UHGV virus genome: UHGV-0123446
Reading direction: 5' to 3' (one strand)
DNA length: 35,688 nt
Source: a virus
The notes under the pieces were generated by a model that saw only the letters and a program-made list of their open reading frames with translations, ran no database searches and was not told the origin of the DNA. The position numbers were made by a program, and so were the translations under genes. Each line of letters opens with the position of its first letter. The first letter of the stretch is position 1. Below are positions 1 to 9,475 of this stretch, in pieces.

Positions 1-49
1 TTAGCAAGACTGTGTACATTTGTACACAATTGCAGAGAGAGGAAATGAC

Positions 50-586
50 ATGCGTCGCGCTAACGATCCGCAACGGCGAGAAAAAATTATCCAGGCCACG
101 CTGGAGGCGGTGAAACTTTACGGAATACATGCTGTTACACACCGCAAAATTGCTGCCCTTGCCGGGGTGCCGTTGGGATCGATGACCTACTATTTTTCAG
201 GAATTGATGAGTTGTTGCTGGAGGCGTTCAGCCGTTTTACTGAGATCATGTCCCGGCAATATCAGGCATTTTTTAGCGATGTTAGTGATGCTCCAGGCGC
301 ATGCCAGGCTATCACCGATATGATCTACAGCTCACAGGTCGCAACGCCGGATAATATGGAGCTGATGTACCAGCTCTACGCGCTGGCTAGCCGAAAACCG
401 CTCTTAAAAACGGTAATGCAAAACTGGATGCAGCGCAGTCAACAAACGCTCGAACAATGGTTTGAACCCGGAACCGCCCGCGCGCTTGATGCGTTTATTG
501 AGGGGATGACGCTGCATTTTGTCACCGACCGTAAGCCGCTATCACGCGAGGAGATTTTGAGGATGGTTGAGAGGATTGCTGGGTAG
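50..586 (+). CDS. rcdA: TetR-family transcriptional regulator RcdA (YbjK); the ORF-track start at 20 is probably an upstream in-frame extension
   Basis: N-terminal TetR-type HTH ([29 protein letters not shown]); recognised as E. coli YbjK/RcdA; neighbourhood with ybjL-ybjM-grxA matches the K-12-type locus. Confidence 0.8.
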   Translation: MRRANDPQRREKIIQATLEAVKLYGIHAVTHRKIAALAGVPLGSMTYYFSGIDELLLEAFSRFTEIMSRQYQAFFSDVSDAPGACQAITDMIYSSQVATPDNMELMYQLYALASRKPLLKTVMQNWMQRSQQTLEQWFEPGTARALDAFIEGMTLHFVTDRKPLSREEILRMVERIAG

Positions 587-589
587 TAG

Positions 590-616
590 ATAAATTTCAG
601 GCAACAAAAAACCCAT
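590..616. repeat. attL core: 27-bp sequence ataaatttcaggcaacaaaaaacccat, repeated exactly at 32847..32873
   Basis: Exact 27-bp direct repeat bracketing the prophage; integrase gene lies immediately inside this copy. Confidence 0.75.
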
Positions 617-635
617 TTATGTAAACGGGTTAATG

Positions 636-667
636 AAAACAATAAGTTAGAGTAAAAACAATAAGTT
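636..667. repeat. Two direct copies of aaaacaataagtt (636..648 and 655..667), candidate integrase arm-type binding sites
   Basis: 13-bp direct repeat 19 bp apart, between att core and int; arm-site role is inference. Confidence 0.35.
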
Positions 668-690
668 GGGTTGGTGGTCAGTGGTGGTTA

Positions 691-1743
691 TTACGGGGTA
701 ATGCCAACCGCTGCCGCCACTTTGTCGCCACTTGGCAGCGTTGCCAGAGGATTGAAACGGAGCGCCGTTTCCAGATGATCTGGTGCCAGATGTGCGTAAC
801 GCATAGTCATTTTTATATCGTGGTGTCCGAGAATTTTTTGTAAGGCGAGAATGTTTCCACCCGACATCATGAAGTGCGCCGCAAATGTATGGCGCAGAAC
901 GTGTGTGAGTTGACCGCGAGGGAGCACGATAGACGTTTTTTCCATCACGGATAAAAATTGAAAATAGCAGTCTGTAAAGAAATTGAACCCATCAAGCGCC
1001 ATGATCTCTTCGTAAAGCTCTTTACTGATAGGGATGCTTCTGTTTTTCTTCCCCTTCGTTCTGACAAAGGTAATTCGGTATTTGGTCACCTGTGAGCGGG
1101 TAAGATTTACGGCTTCACGCCAGCGTGCGCCTGTGCTTAAGCATATCTTAACTACCAGTGCCAGAATCGGGTCCTGACGTTTACAATCAGCCAGCAATTC
1201 AACAATCTGCTCATGGGTAAGCCATGCCATCTCTTTTTCTGCGATGGTGAATTTTCGCATGTTCTCCAGTGGGTTCGGATACGACCATTCGCCCAGGCGG
1301 GATAGTTCGCTAAAAACACTACTTAGATAGCTTTGCTCCAGGTTAATGGTGACCGGGCTTGCTCCTTTCTTCCATTTCTCGCTGAAGTAGATCTCACCTG
1401 TCAGGCGTTTATCTCGATAGTGGGCAAACATTTTAGAGGTGAGATCGGTTGCAAGGGGATTGCCCAGAGCGTCAACCATCAACAGCAATTTATCATAGAC
1501 ATGCTGCCCAGCGGTTAGAGATTTACCATGTAGTTTGAACCATAGCTCAACCACGTCTTTCAGTGTTCGACGATCCACTGATTCTCCCAGCCAGGGCTTT
1601 GCTTCGGTTTCTTCCATCGTATGGCGCTCAAAAGCCAGAGCTTCGCCTTTGGTGGCGAATTGTTTACGCACACGACGCCCACTACGTCCGGCGGGGTAAC
1701 ATTCGCAAAGCCATTTTCCTGTGGTGAGTTTTCGTACTGCCAT
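691..1743 (-). CDS. int: Phage integrase, tyrosine recombinase (P2/186 family); start taken at the internal ATG giving MAVRKLTTGKW
   Basis: C-terminal catalytic region with conserved R...HxxR...Y pattern (LTHVLRHTFAAHFMMSGGNILALQKILGHHDIKMTMRYAHL); adjacent to attL. Confidence 0.9.
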   Translation of the reverse strand: MAVRKLTTGKWLCECYPAGRSGRRVRKQFATKGEALAFERHTMEETEAKPWLGESVDRRTLKDVVELWFKLHGKSLTAGQHVYDKLLLMVDALGNPLATDLTSKMFAHYRDKRLTGEIYFSEKWKKGASPVTINLEQSYLSSVFSELSRLGEWSYPNPLENMRKFTIAEKEMAWLTHEQIVELLADCKRQDPILALVVKICLSTGARWREAVNLTRSQVTKYRITFVRTKGKKNRSIPISKELYEEIMALDGFNFFTDCYFQFLSVMEKTSIVLPRGQLTHVLRHTFAAHFMMSGGNILALQKILGHHDIKMTMRYAHLAPDHLETALRFNPLATLPSGDKVAAAVGITP

Positions 1744-1929
1744 AAAAAATGCCCTCCAATAGAGAGCATTTTTACTGTATGCATAACCAGTGTCAATGTA
1801 TGAAATCCTGCGACCATACATCTCACTGAAGCCATAATGAAGTTGGCTATTTTTTGCTATGTGAGTATGTGACTTTTGCGGTTAGCCTGCGGCTCATTGT
1901 TATATTAGGCGCAGATATAAAAGCAAAAT

Positions 1930-2121
1930 TTATCGCGAGTTTTTAGTACAGATTTTTTTTGATTTACTAATAGTTCCATCATTGCAAACGAACTTTCCAT
2001 CGGAGGTACAGTGAGAGACACCTCCCTTTTTCCCAGAACAAGGATAATTTTTAGCATAGGTAGTTAGTGGGTTTAATAACAAAGAGCATGATAAAACCAC
2101 AAAAAATACCTTACCAAGCAT
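1930..2121 (-). CDS. Small secreted cysteine-rich, lysine-rich protein (63 aa, predicted signal peptide), moron-like cargo between cI and int
   Basis: Hydrophobic N-terminal signal [23 protein letters not shown] then a 40-aa mature part with 4 Cys; strong SD (ggagg) upstream of the ATG; AT-rich relative to neighbours. Confidence 0.5.
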   Translation of the reverse strand: MLGKVFFVVLSCSLLLNPLTTYAKNYPCSGKKGGVSHCTSDGKFVCNDGTISKSKKICTKNSR

Positions 2122-2136
2122 AGTTTCCTCCCGGTA

Positions 2137-2712
2137 TTACCTAACGTACTTAATTGTTAAACTTATAATTTTCCCAATTATTTCAACATCTTCTATCTTG
2201 CACTCGAAGGCTCTGTTTCCACCTTCAACGAAGATTTTTCCACCGGGTAAACGAGTAATGTCGCGGATTGTTATTTCGCCATCAATACTTATTACCCATT
2301 TACCGTCACGTATATCATCAAATTCTTTATCACAAATAAATTCAGAATTGTTATCTGTGATGACAAAAGGTTTTTTAAACGTAGAGGGTAGAAATCCCTT
2401 ATCAAAAATATAAAAACCGTCTTCACGCAAGGCACCATCAGATAATACATATTTAGCAACTTCCATAGTATTTGTATTACCTGAAGTTTGCTTTGAACCA
2501 TGTCCGGTTGTGAGCCAATTAAGCGAGGTGCCCGTTTCAAGGGCGCACTGGATTACCCATTCTGCTGGGAATGAGTCACGCATGTAGCGTGTGGCGAGTG
2601 TACTTTTAGAGATTCCTAAATGATCGCACAACGCCTGTCGAGTTTTGAATCCATAAGCTTCTACCATGCGCTCTATAGCGCCTCGTCCGCCTTTCTCCAA
2701 ATTCATGGTCAC
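2137..2712 (-). CDS. cI: Prophage immunity repressor, phage 186 CI-like (191 aa, N-terminal HTH)
   Basis: Size and position (upstream of int, divergent from apl/cII); HTH-like segment TRQALCDHLGISKSTLATRYMR; resembles 186 CI rather than the ~99-aa P2 C. Confidence 0.7.
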   Translation of the reverse strand: MTMNLEKGGRGAIERMVEAYGFKTRQALCDHLGISKSTLATRYMRDSFPAEWVIQCALETGTSLNWLTTGHGSKQTSGNTNTMEVAKYVLSDGALREDGFYIFDKGFLPSTFKKPFVITDNNSEFICDKEFDDIRDGKWVISIDGEITIRDITRLPGGKIFVEGGNRAFECKIEDVEIIGKIISLTIKYVR

Positions 2713-2730
2713 TCCAAGTGAACTTTTATC

Positions 2731-2759
2731 TTGACGATTTCACTGTGCGATCGTATGTT
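2731..2759 (+). promoter_or_regulatory. Candidate early lytic promoter (pR-like): TTGACG, 17-bp spacer, TATGTT
   Basis: sigma70-like -35/-10 hexamers with 17-bp spacing in the cI/apl intergenic region, oriented toward apl-cII. Confidence 0.35.
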
Positions 2760-2831
2760 TATGGTGTTCACAAAATACAAACGATCCGTATTCGTCCTGA
2801 TTAATCATCATTAAACGAGGAATGTTGCATC

Positions 2832-3053
2832 ATGAGACCTAACATTTCAATCACTCTTACCACGCCTCATGTGACTATTGAACGCTATAGCGAGCTGACA
2901 GGGCTGTCCATCGATACCATCAATGACATGTTGGCTGACGGACGCCTTATCCGTCACCGTCTGCGCAAAGATAAAAAACGTGAAAAAGTGATGATCAACA
3001 TAGCAGCCATGACCGTTGATGCGCTTTCAGAATGCAATCTAAACCTTAATTAG
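2832..3053 (+). CDS. Apl/Cox-like small DNA-binding protein (excisionase / early repressor of lysogenic promoter)
   Basis: 73-aa basic protein, first gene of the rightward early operon, as in 186 apl / P2 cox. Confidence 0.5.
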   Translation: MRPNISITLTTPHVTIERYSELTGLSIDTINDMLADGRLIRHRLRKDKKREKVMINIAAMTVDALSECNLNLN

Positions 3054-3079
3054 TTCGATTCTGAAATACATCAGAGGCA

Positions 3080-3595
3080 TTGACCATGTTTGATTACCAA
3101 GTTTCCAAACATCCACATTTTGATGAAGCCTGTCGTGCATTCGCATTGCGCCACAACCTAGTGCAACTGGCAGAACGTGCAGGCATGAATGTGCAGATTC
3201 TGCGGAACAAGCTGAACCCAGCTCAACCTCATTTATTAACCGCACCAGAAATCTGGTTGCTTACCGATCTGACTGAAGATTCAACGCTGGTAGATGGCTT
3301 TCTGGCACAGATTCACTGCCTGCCATGTGTACCGATTAATGAGGTGGCAAAAGAGAAACTGCCGCATTACGTCATGAGTGCAACTGCAGAGATAGGGCGT
3401 GTCGCGGCAGGTGCGGTTTCTGGCGATGTAAAAACCAGTGCAGGCCGTCGTGATGCGATCAGCAGCATTAACTCTGTTACACGACTGATGGCGCTGGCTG
3501 CTGTTTCATTGCAGGCCAGTTTACAGGCTAATCCTGCGATGGCGAGTGCAGTTGATACCGTGACTGGCCTCGGTGCTTCATTCGGTTTGCTGTGA
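3080..3595 (+). CDS. CII-like transcriptional activator (phage 186 CII family)
   Basis: N-terminus [45 protein letters not shown] matches my recollection of 186 CII; about 170 aa; position after apl. Confidence 0.6.
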   Translation: MTMFDYQVSKHPHFDEACRAFALRHNLVQLAERAGMNVQILRNKLNPAQPHLLTAPEIWLLTDLTEDSTLVDGFLAQIHCLPCVPINEVAKEKLPHYVMSATAEIGRVAAGAVSGDVKTSAGRRDAISSINSVTRLMALAAVSLQASLQANPAMASAVDTVTGLGASFGLL

Positions 3596-3602
3596 GGTGC
3601 TT

Positions 3603-3803
3603 ATGCTGACGAAAGAACCATCATTTGCATCGCTGCTGGTAAAACAAAGTCCGGCAATGCACTACGGTCACGGCTGGATCATGGGTGAGGATGGTAAACG
3701 CTGGCATCCGTGCCGTTCACAAGATGAATTGCTGGCAGAACTATCTACGAAAAAACGGGGGAACAAATGGCTATTGAAGGCGCTGCGGCGACTGTTCCAT
3801 TAA
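3603..3803 (+). CDS. Hypothetical early protein (66 aa from the internal ATG)
   Basis: ORF in the early operon with ATG preceded by gagg; function unknown. Confidence 0.4.
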   Translation: MLTKEPSFASLLVKQSPAMHYGHGWIMGEDGKRWHPCRSQDELLAELSTKKRGNKWLLKALRRLFH

Positions 3804-4108
3804 GACCCGGTGAACGCCTGAATGGACTTAATCATATTGCGGAGTTAAGGGCGAAAGTTTTTGGTTTGAATATTGAGTCAGAGCTTGAGCGGTTTATTAA
3901 AGATATGCGTGATCCTCGGGATATCAATAATGAACAAAATAAACGGGCACTGGCTGCCATATTCTTTATGGCAAAAATTCCAGCTGAACGTCATAGCATC
4001 AGCATTAATGAGCTGACCACTGACGAAAAGCGGGAGTTGATTAAAGCAATGAATCATTTTCGTGCAGTGGTGAGCTTATTTCCCAGACGGCTAACCATGC
4101 CGAATTAA
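3767..4108 (+). CDS. Hypothetical early protein (113 aa)
   Basis: ORF in the early operon, same strand, overlaps the upstream ORF end; function unknown. Confidence 0.45.
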   Translation: MAIEGAAATVPLRPGERLNGLNHIAELRAKVFGLNIESELERFIKDMRDPRDINNEQNKRALAAIFFMAKIPAERHSISINELTTDEKRELIKAMNHFRAVVSLFPRRLTMPN

Positions 4109-4175
4109 CCAACTAATGAAATTAATGGCGTAAACCCGCCGGGCATCCCTTTATCTAAATTCAGGAGAATTGCTT

Positions 4176-4409
4176 ATGCGTAATATTGAAACCCTCACGA
4201 CCAAAACCGGACCGGATGATGCAGGTCTTAATCTTTTACTGACAGAGGCTCGTCTGGAAGAACGCCGGGCAAGGGCTGAAGCAATGGCTGCTCGCCTCGA
4301 TAGCCTGGCGTGTCATATCACCTCCCGCCAGCTAAACCACGTCGAAGCGGCAGAACTGCTGCGTGTGACTGCTGAAGCAATCCAGAACGAAGCGCAGGAG
4401 ATCCACTGA
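4176..4409 (+). CDS. Hypothetical early protein (77 aa from ATG 4176)
   Basis: aggag SD 8 nt upstream of ATG 4176; stop overlaps the start of the next gene (ATGA). Confidence 0.45.
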   Translation: MRNIETLTTKTGPDDAGLNLLLTEARLEERRARAEAMAARLDSLACHITSRQLNHVEAAELLRVTAEAIQNEAQEIH

Positions 4410-4636
4410 TGGCTGATGCAATGGATCTCGTACAGCAGCGCGTTGAAGAAGAACGCCAACGCCATATCCGTGCTGCCCGTGCCAAAACGCCGGGCGTGTC
4501 CCGCGTGCTTTGCGTTGAGTGTGAAGCGCCAATTCCGCCAGCACGCCGCCGTGCCATTCCGGGTGTGCAGCTTTGCATTACCTGTCAGGAAATCGCAGAG
4601 CTGAAAGGCAAACATTACAACGGAGGTGCTGTATGA
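4409..4636 (+). CDS. TraR/DksA-family C4 zinc-finger protein
   Basis: CVECEAPIPPARRRAIPGVQLCITCQ four-Cys motif typical of phage/plasmid TraR-like proteins; translationally coupled to flanking genes. Confidence 0.65.
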   Translation: MADAMDLVQQRVEEERQRHIRAARAKTPGVSRVLCVECEAPIPPARRRAIPGVQLCITCQEIAELKGKHYNGGAV

Positions 4637-5487
4637 GCACCATCCTGAAATGGGCAGGAAATAAAACCGCCATAATGTCCGAACTGAAAAAGCATCTTCC
4701 TGCTGGCCCGCGACTGGTTGAACCTTTCGCGGGTTCCTGTGCAGTGATGATGGAGACGGATTATCCCAGCTATCTTGTTGCGGATATTAATCCTGATTTA
4801 ATCAACCTCTATAAAAAGGTTGCTGCTGATTGTGAGGCGTTTATATCTCGTGCCAGAGCTTTATTTGAGGAAGCAAACAGGGAGGTGGCTTATTACAACA
4901 TAAGGCAGGAGTTTAATTACTCCACTGAAATTACTGATTTCATGAAAGCGGTATATTTCCTGTATCTCAATCGTCACGGTTACCGTGGTTTATGTCGCTA
5001 TAACAAGAGCGGGCATTTCAACATTCCCTACGGTAATTATAAAAATCCGTATTTCCCTGAAAAAGAAATTCGCGCATTTGCAGAGAAAGCCCAGCGGGCA
5101 ACGTTTATCTGCGCCAGCTTTGATGAAACGCTGGCGATGTTGAAGGTGGGGGATGTGGTGTATTGCGATCCGCCTTATGACGGTACGTTTTCCGGCTATC
5201 ACACTGATGGTTTCACTGAAGATGATCAGTATCACCTGGCATCCATTCTTGAACATCGGTCATCAGAAGGACATCCGGTCATTGTTTCTAACAGTAACAC
5301 GTCTTTGACCCGGTCCCTTTATCGTAATTTCACTCACCACTACATCAGGGCGAAACGCAGCATCGGCGTTGCAGCGGGGGAGGGAAAATTTGCAACAGAG
5401 ATGATTGCCACTAAATCTGCTAATTGGTTTAGTGCCGATTTTAGTAGGGGACGTGACTCTACTGTTATTTTCGGGGTGCAAGTGTGA
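4633..5487 (+). CDS. Orphan DNA adenine methyltransferase (Dam family, N6-adenine); ORF-track start 4573 is an extension
   Basis: N-terminal SAM-binding motif LKWAGNK...EPFAGSCAV and catalytic DPPY motif ([10 protein letters not shown]); no adjacent restriction endonuclease. Confidence 0.85.
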   Translation: MSTILKWAGNKTAIMSELKKHLPAGPRLVEPFAGSCAVMMETDYPSYLVADINPDLINLYKKVAADCEAFISRARALFEEANREVAYYNIRQEFNYSTEITDFMKAVYFLYLNRHGYRGLCRYNKSGHFNIPYGNYKNPYFPEKEIRAFAEKAQRATFICASFDETLAMLKVGDVVYCDPPYDGTFSGYHTDGFTEDDQYHLASILEHRSSEGHPVIVSNSNTSLTRSLYRNFTHHYIRAKRSIGVAAGEGKFATEMIATKSANWFSADFSRGRDSTVIFGVQV

Positions 5488-6314
5488 AAGAAATGCACCA
5501 CGGAATTCATCATTTCCATGGGACGCCTGTCTGGGGAAGTGCTGGCGACGTTCATCGTATTGCGGTGAGCGGAGCTGGCGCTTTCGTCTCCTATGTACGA
5601 CCAGATCAGATTGCGGCGTCCATTCAGCACGCTCAGGTCGTCGGCATTGATAACGGCGCATTTTCTGCATGGGTGCGTGGGCTAAAAATTAACTGGAGTG
5701 ATTTTTATAAATGGCTCCTGAACTATTACCACCATCCTAAGGTCGCTTTTTTTGTCATTCCTGATGTTGTGGACGGAGGTGAACGTGACAATGATGCCCT
5801 GATAAACGAAGTTCCGAAAATGTTCTACGGGAAGGCAACTCCCGTCTGGCATCTGCACGAGTCAATCGATCGGCTTATCGAGCTATGTCGTGAATGGCCT
5901 CGTGTCTGCTTTGGATCGTCTGGTGAATATGCGGCTATCAGAACTGCGCACTGGCATCGTCGTATGCAGGACGCTTTTGAAGCAATTTATTGCCGACACA
6001 ATTTCAAAACAGCTGTTCATGGTTTGCGCATGCTTGACGGTCGTGTGTTGGGAAATTACCCACTGGCGACTGCCGACAGTACAAATCTTGCCTGCAATGT
6101 CCCCAAATTTAATAGCAAATATCCTGAGCTGACGCGGGCTATTCAGGAGGCTGAGTATTCGCGCAATCTGACGGAAAAGGAGCTGAAAGCTGTCATTCTG
6201 AAAAACCGTTGCGCAATTTTAAAAGGTGCAATTGAAGCTGTTCGCCCACCTTCAGTTTCTGATTGGCTGTCGAATGGTTTGCAGCCTTCACAGCTCGAAC
6301 TGGAGATTGCGTAA
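5484..6314 (+). CDS. Uncharacterised protein (about 275 aa) translationally coupled to dam; function unknown
   Basis: GTG start overlaps the dam stop (GTGA), stop overlaps the gene A start (TAATG); no recognisable nucleotide-binding or zinc motif. Confidence 0.5.
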   Translation: MKEMHHGIHHFHGTPVWGSAGDVHRIAVSGAGAFVSYVRPDQIAASIQHAQVVGIDNGAFSAWVRGLKINWSDFYKWLLNYYHHPKVAFFVIPDVVDGGERDNDALINEVPKMFYGKATPVWHLHESIDRLIELCREWPRVCFGSSGEYAAIRTAHWHRRMQDAFEAIYCRHNFKTAVHGLRMLDGRVLGNYPLATADSTNLACNVPKFNSKYPELTRAIQEAEYSRNLTEKELKAVILKNRCAILKGAIEAVRPPSVSDWLSNGLQPSQLELEIA

Positions 6315-8686
6315 TGAACTACAGCTATTCCTGGAATGCTGAGAAAAAAGCAATCAATCCTTACGTAGAGACAGAAGAGCAATCTTCAGTTTCTGCGCTT
6401 TCAAACCTGATCGCTCTGTACGCTGCCGATAACGAGCAGGAACAGCTGCGCCGCGAGGCACTGAGTGATCAGGTCTGGGAGCGTTATTTCTTTAATGAAT
6501 CCCGTGATCCTGTCCAGCGCGAAATGGAGCAGGATAAGCTCATTAGTCGGGCAAAGCTGGCGCATGAGCAGCAGCGTTTTAATCCAGATATGGTCATTCT
6601 GGCGGACGTCAATGCCCAGCCTTCCCATATCAGCAAGCCGCTGATGCAACGTATTGAATACTTCAGCAGCCTGGGCAGGCCAAAGGCTTATTCCCGCTAT
6701 TTGCGTGAGACGATTAAGCCATGTCTGGAACGGCTGGAGCATGTACGCGACTGTCAGCTATCCACTTCTTTTCGCTTTATGGCAAGCCATGAAGGGCTGG
6801 ACGGCCTGCTGATCCTGCCTGAAATGAGTCAGGATCAGGTGAAACGCCTGTCCACCCTGGTAGCTGCGCATATGAGCATGTGCCTTGATGCAGCTTGTGG
6901 CGATTTGTATGTCACCGATGACGTTAAGCCAGAAGAAATCCGCAAGACATGGGAAAAGGTGGCAGCGGAAACCCTGCGTCTGGATGTCATCCCGCCTGCG
7001 TTTGAGCAACTCCGCCGGAAAAGAAACCGCCGTAAACCCGTGCCCTATGAACTCATTCCGGGTTCGCTGGCGCGTATGTTGTGCGCTGACTGGTGGTACC
7101 GGAAATTATGGAAGATGCGTTGCGAATGGCGGGAAGAGCAGTTGCGTGCTGTCTGCCTGGTCAGCAAAAAAGCATCTCCCTATGTCAGCTATGAAGCCGT
7201 GATGCATAAACGTGAGCAGCGCCGTAAGTCGCTGGAGTTTTTTCGTTCTCATGAACTGGTGAACGAAGACGGCGACACGCTGGACATGGAGGATGTGGTA
7301 AACGCCAGCAGCAGCAACCCTGCGCATCGCCGCAATGAGATGATGGCCTGTGTTAAAGGCCTGGAGCTTATCGCGGAAATGCGCGGTGACTGCGCCGTTT
7401 TCTACACCATCACCTGTCCGTCACGTTTCCATTCCACGCTAAATAATGGCAGGCCCAACCCAACTTGGACAAATGCGACGGTAAGACAAAGCAGTGATTA
7501 TCTGGTCGGCATGTTTGCTGCATTTCGTAAGGCGATGCACAAAGCCGGATTGCGGTGGTATGGCGTGCGGGTGGCTGAGCCGCATCATGACGGTACAGTT
7601 CACTGGCACCTGTTGTGTTTTATGCGCAAAAAAGACCGCCGCGCCATCACTGCATTACTGCGTAAGTTTGCCATCCGTGAAGACCGCGAGGAACTGGGCA
7701 ATAACACTGGGCCGCGCTTTAAGTCTGAGTTGATTAACCCGCGCAAAGGTACGCCAACAAGCTACATCGCGAAATACATCAGTAAGAACATTGACGGGCG
7801 TGGTCTGGCTGGCGAGATCAGCAAGGAAACGGGTAAATCTCTGCGTGATAACGCTGAATACGTTAATGCCTGGGCGTCTCTGCATCGTGTTCAGCAATTC
7901 CGCTTCTTTGGCATTCCGGGGCGTCAGGCTTACCGTGAACTGCGATTGCTGGCTGGTCAGGCGGCAAGGCAACAGGGTGACAAAAAAGCAGGTGCGCCGG
8001 TACTGGATAACCCGCGCCTTGATGCCATTCTGGCTGCAGCTGATGCTGGTTGCTTTGCCACCTACATCATGAAGCAGGGCGGCGTACTGGTTCCCCGTAA
8101 ATATCACCTCATCAGAACCGCTTATGAAATCAACGAAGAGCCGACCGCCTATGGCGATCACGGTATTCGTATTTATGGCATCTGGTCACCCATTGCAGAG
8201 GGCAAGATCTGCACTCATGCAGTGAAGTGGAAAATGGTTCGTAAAGCCGTTGACGTTCAGGAGGCGGCAGCCGACCAGGGCGCTTGCGCCCCTTGGACTC
8301 GTGGCAATAACTGTCCCCTTGCTGAAAGCTTGTACCAACAAGGGAAAGACAAATCAGCTGATGGGGATACCAGAACGGATATCACCCGCATGGATGACAA
8401 GGAATTGCACGATTACCTGCACAGTATGAACAAAAAAGAGCGCCGGGAACTGGCTGCAAGGTTACGCCTGGTGAAACAGAAACGGCGTAGAGACTACAAA
8501 CAGCGAATTACAGATCATCAGCGACAGCAGCTCGTCTATGAACTGAAGTCCAGAGGATTTGATGGCAGCGAGAAAGAGGTCGATTTACTCCTTCGCGGTG
8601 GCAGTATTCCGTCAGGAGCAGGCCTGCGTATCTTCTATCGGAACCAGCGTTTGCAGGAAGATGATAAGTGGCGGGATCTGTATTAA
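6314..8686 (+). CDS. A: Replication initiation protein gpA (rolling-circle replication endonuclease), P2/186 family
   Basis: About 790 aa, last gene of the early operon; start ATG overlaps the upstream stop; ORF-track start 6263 is an extension. Confidence 0.85.
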   Translation: MNYSYSWNAEKKAINPYVETEEQSSVSALSNLIALYAADNEQEQLRREALSDQVWERYFFNESRDPVQREMEQDKLISRAKLAHEQQRFNPDMVILADVNAQPSHISKPLMQRIEYFSSLGRPKAYSRYLRETIKPCLERLEHVRDCQLSTSFRFMASHEGLDGLLILPEMSQDQVKRLSTLVAAHMSMCLDAACGDLYVTDDVKPEEIRKTWEKVAAETLRLDVIPPAFEQLRRKRNRRKPVPYELIPGSLARMLCADWWYRKLWKMRCEWREEQLRAVCLVSKKASPYVSYEAVMHKREQRRKSLEFFRSHELVNEDGDTLDMEDVVNASSSNPAHRRNEMMACVKGLELIAEMRGDCAVFYTITCPSRFHSTLNNGRPNPTWTNATVRQSSDYLVGMFAAFRKAMHKAGLRWYGVRVAEPHHDGTVHWHLLCFMRKKDRRAITALLRKFAIREDREELGNNTGPRFKSELINPRKGTPTSYIAKYISKNIDGRGLAGEISKETGKSLRDNAEYVNAWASLHRVQQFRFFGIPGRQAYRELRLLAGQAARQQGDKKAGAPVLDNPRLDAILAAADAGCFATYIMKQGGVLVPRKYHLIRTAYEINEEPTAYGDHGIRIYGIWSPIAEGKICTHAVKWKMVRKAVDVQEAAADQGACAPWTRGNNCPLAESLYQQGKDKSADGDTRTDITRMDDKELHDYLHSMNKKERRELAARLRLVKQKRRRDYKQRITDHQRQQLVYELKSRGFDGSEKEVDLLLRGGSIPSGAGLRIFYRNQRLQEDDKWRDLY

Positions 8687-8778
8687 TTACGCGGGTTAAC
8701 AATTCGTGCTCTTAATAATACCAGGCATATCAGGCTGATGAACGTAAAAAAACGTTTTACATCAGTAAGATTATTATA

Positions 8779-8798
8779 TACTGTAAATATAAACAGTG
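8779..8798. promoter_or_regulatory. LexA (SOS) box taCTGTaaatataaACAGtg
   Basis: CTGT-N8-ACAG with AT-rich spacer, about 40 bp upstream of the 8839 ORF and the DinI-like gene. Confidence 0.6.
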
Positions 8799-8838
8799 GT
8801 TATGTATACAGTATTGCTTTGGTGTCATAGGAGGAAAG

Positions 8839-9027
8839 ATGCAGGACTATTTTTTGGAGTCTTTGAAGCTCCAGCGCATTGATTTTTTTCTTAAGCTTGT
8901 AGCGGCTAGTGAGTGTAGTGATGAAGAGAAGGGGCTGGCCCTGCAGTGGGTTTCTGAACTGACAGATGAACTCATGGCAAAAATCAGAACCCATGAATAC
9001 AACCGCTCAATGGATGTCATCAGCTGA
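8839..9027 (+). CDS. Small protein (62 aa) downstream of the LexA box; possible N-terminal part or partner of a Tum-like antirepressor
   Basis: aggagg SD just upstream of the ATG; ends 10 bp before the DinI-like ORF in a different frame. Confidence 0.4.
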   Translation: MQDYFLESLKLQRIDFFLKLVAASECSDEEKGLALQWVSELTDELMAKIRTHEYNRSMDVIS

Positions 9028-9037
9028 GGTGACTTTT

Positions 9038-9271
9038 ATGCGCATTGAAATAATGATCGATAAAGAGCAGAAGATTAGCCAGTCTACACTGGACGCCCTT
9101 GAATCCGAGCTTTACCGCAATCTGCGCCCCCTGTATCCCAAAACGGTAATTCGTATCCGCAAAGGTAGCTCTAACGGTGTGGAACTGACCGGACTGCAAC
9201 TGGACGAAGAAAGAAAACAAGTGATGAAAATTATGCAGAAGGTGTGGGAAGACGACAGCTGGCTGCATTAA
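9038..9271 (+). CDS. DinI-like protein (77 aa)
   Basis: MRIEIMIDKEQKISQSTLDALESELYRNLRPLYPKTVIRIRKGSSNGVELTGLQ...VWEDDSWL resembles E. coli DinI (MRIEVTIAK...) along its length; LexA box upstream. Confidence 0.7.
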   Translation: MRIEIMIDKEQKISQSTLDALESELYRNLRPLYPKTVIRIRKGSSNGVELTGLQLDEERKQVMKIMQKVWEDDSWLH

Positions 9272-9404
9272 GAAACGTTGCTGGCGTCTGAACTTGTTTC
9301 TGGCGTCAGCAAGGTTGAACAACGAGCCCTTGCGAGGCGTTAGCTCTGTAGTGCATGTCTATGCCGCATGAGATCGCATGATCGTTTGAGGATCGTTTTT
9401 GCTA

Positions 9405-9431
9405 AGGCCCGCCAGAACTGGCGGGCTTTTG
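9405..9431 (+). terminator. Rho-independent terminator (GC-rich 9-bp stem gcccgccag/ctggcgggc then TTTTG)
   Basis: Inverted repeat followed by a T-run, downstream of the DinI-like gene. Confidence 0.5.
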
Positions 9432-9475
9432 CGTAGATCATGCAGGTGCATGAAAACCACTACATAAAGCGGGCA

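Noticed and set aside
590-616. Possibility that the att core is the 3' end of a tRNA gene, as for phage 186
   Set aside because: No tRNA-like cloverleaf or CCA-adjacent structure around either att copy; the site lies directly after the rcdA stop and overlaps a terminator hairpin instead
7655-8161. 168-aa minus-strand ORF and other internal ORFs inside replication gene A
   Set aside because: Embedded antisense ORFs within the long gene A; no promoter or RBS evidence
9272-9404. Short direct and inverted repeat patches (repeated ctggcgtc, repeated gcatg) between the DinI-like gene and the terminator
   Set aside because: Too short and irregular to call a CRISPR array, iteron set or defined binding site; possibly part of the packaging (cosB-like) region, but I cannot support a specific call
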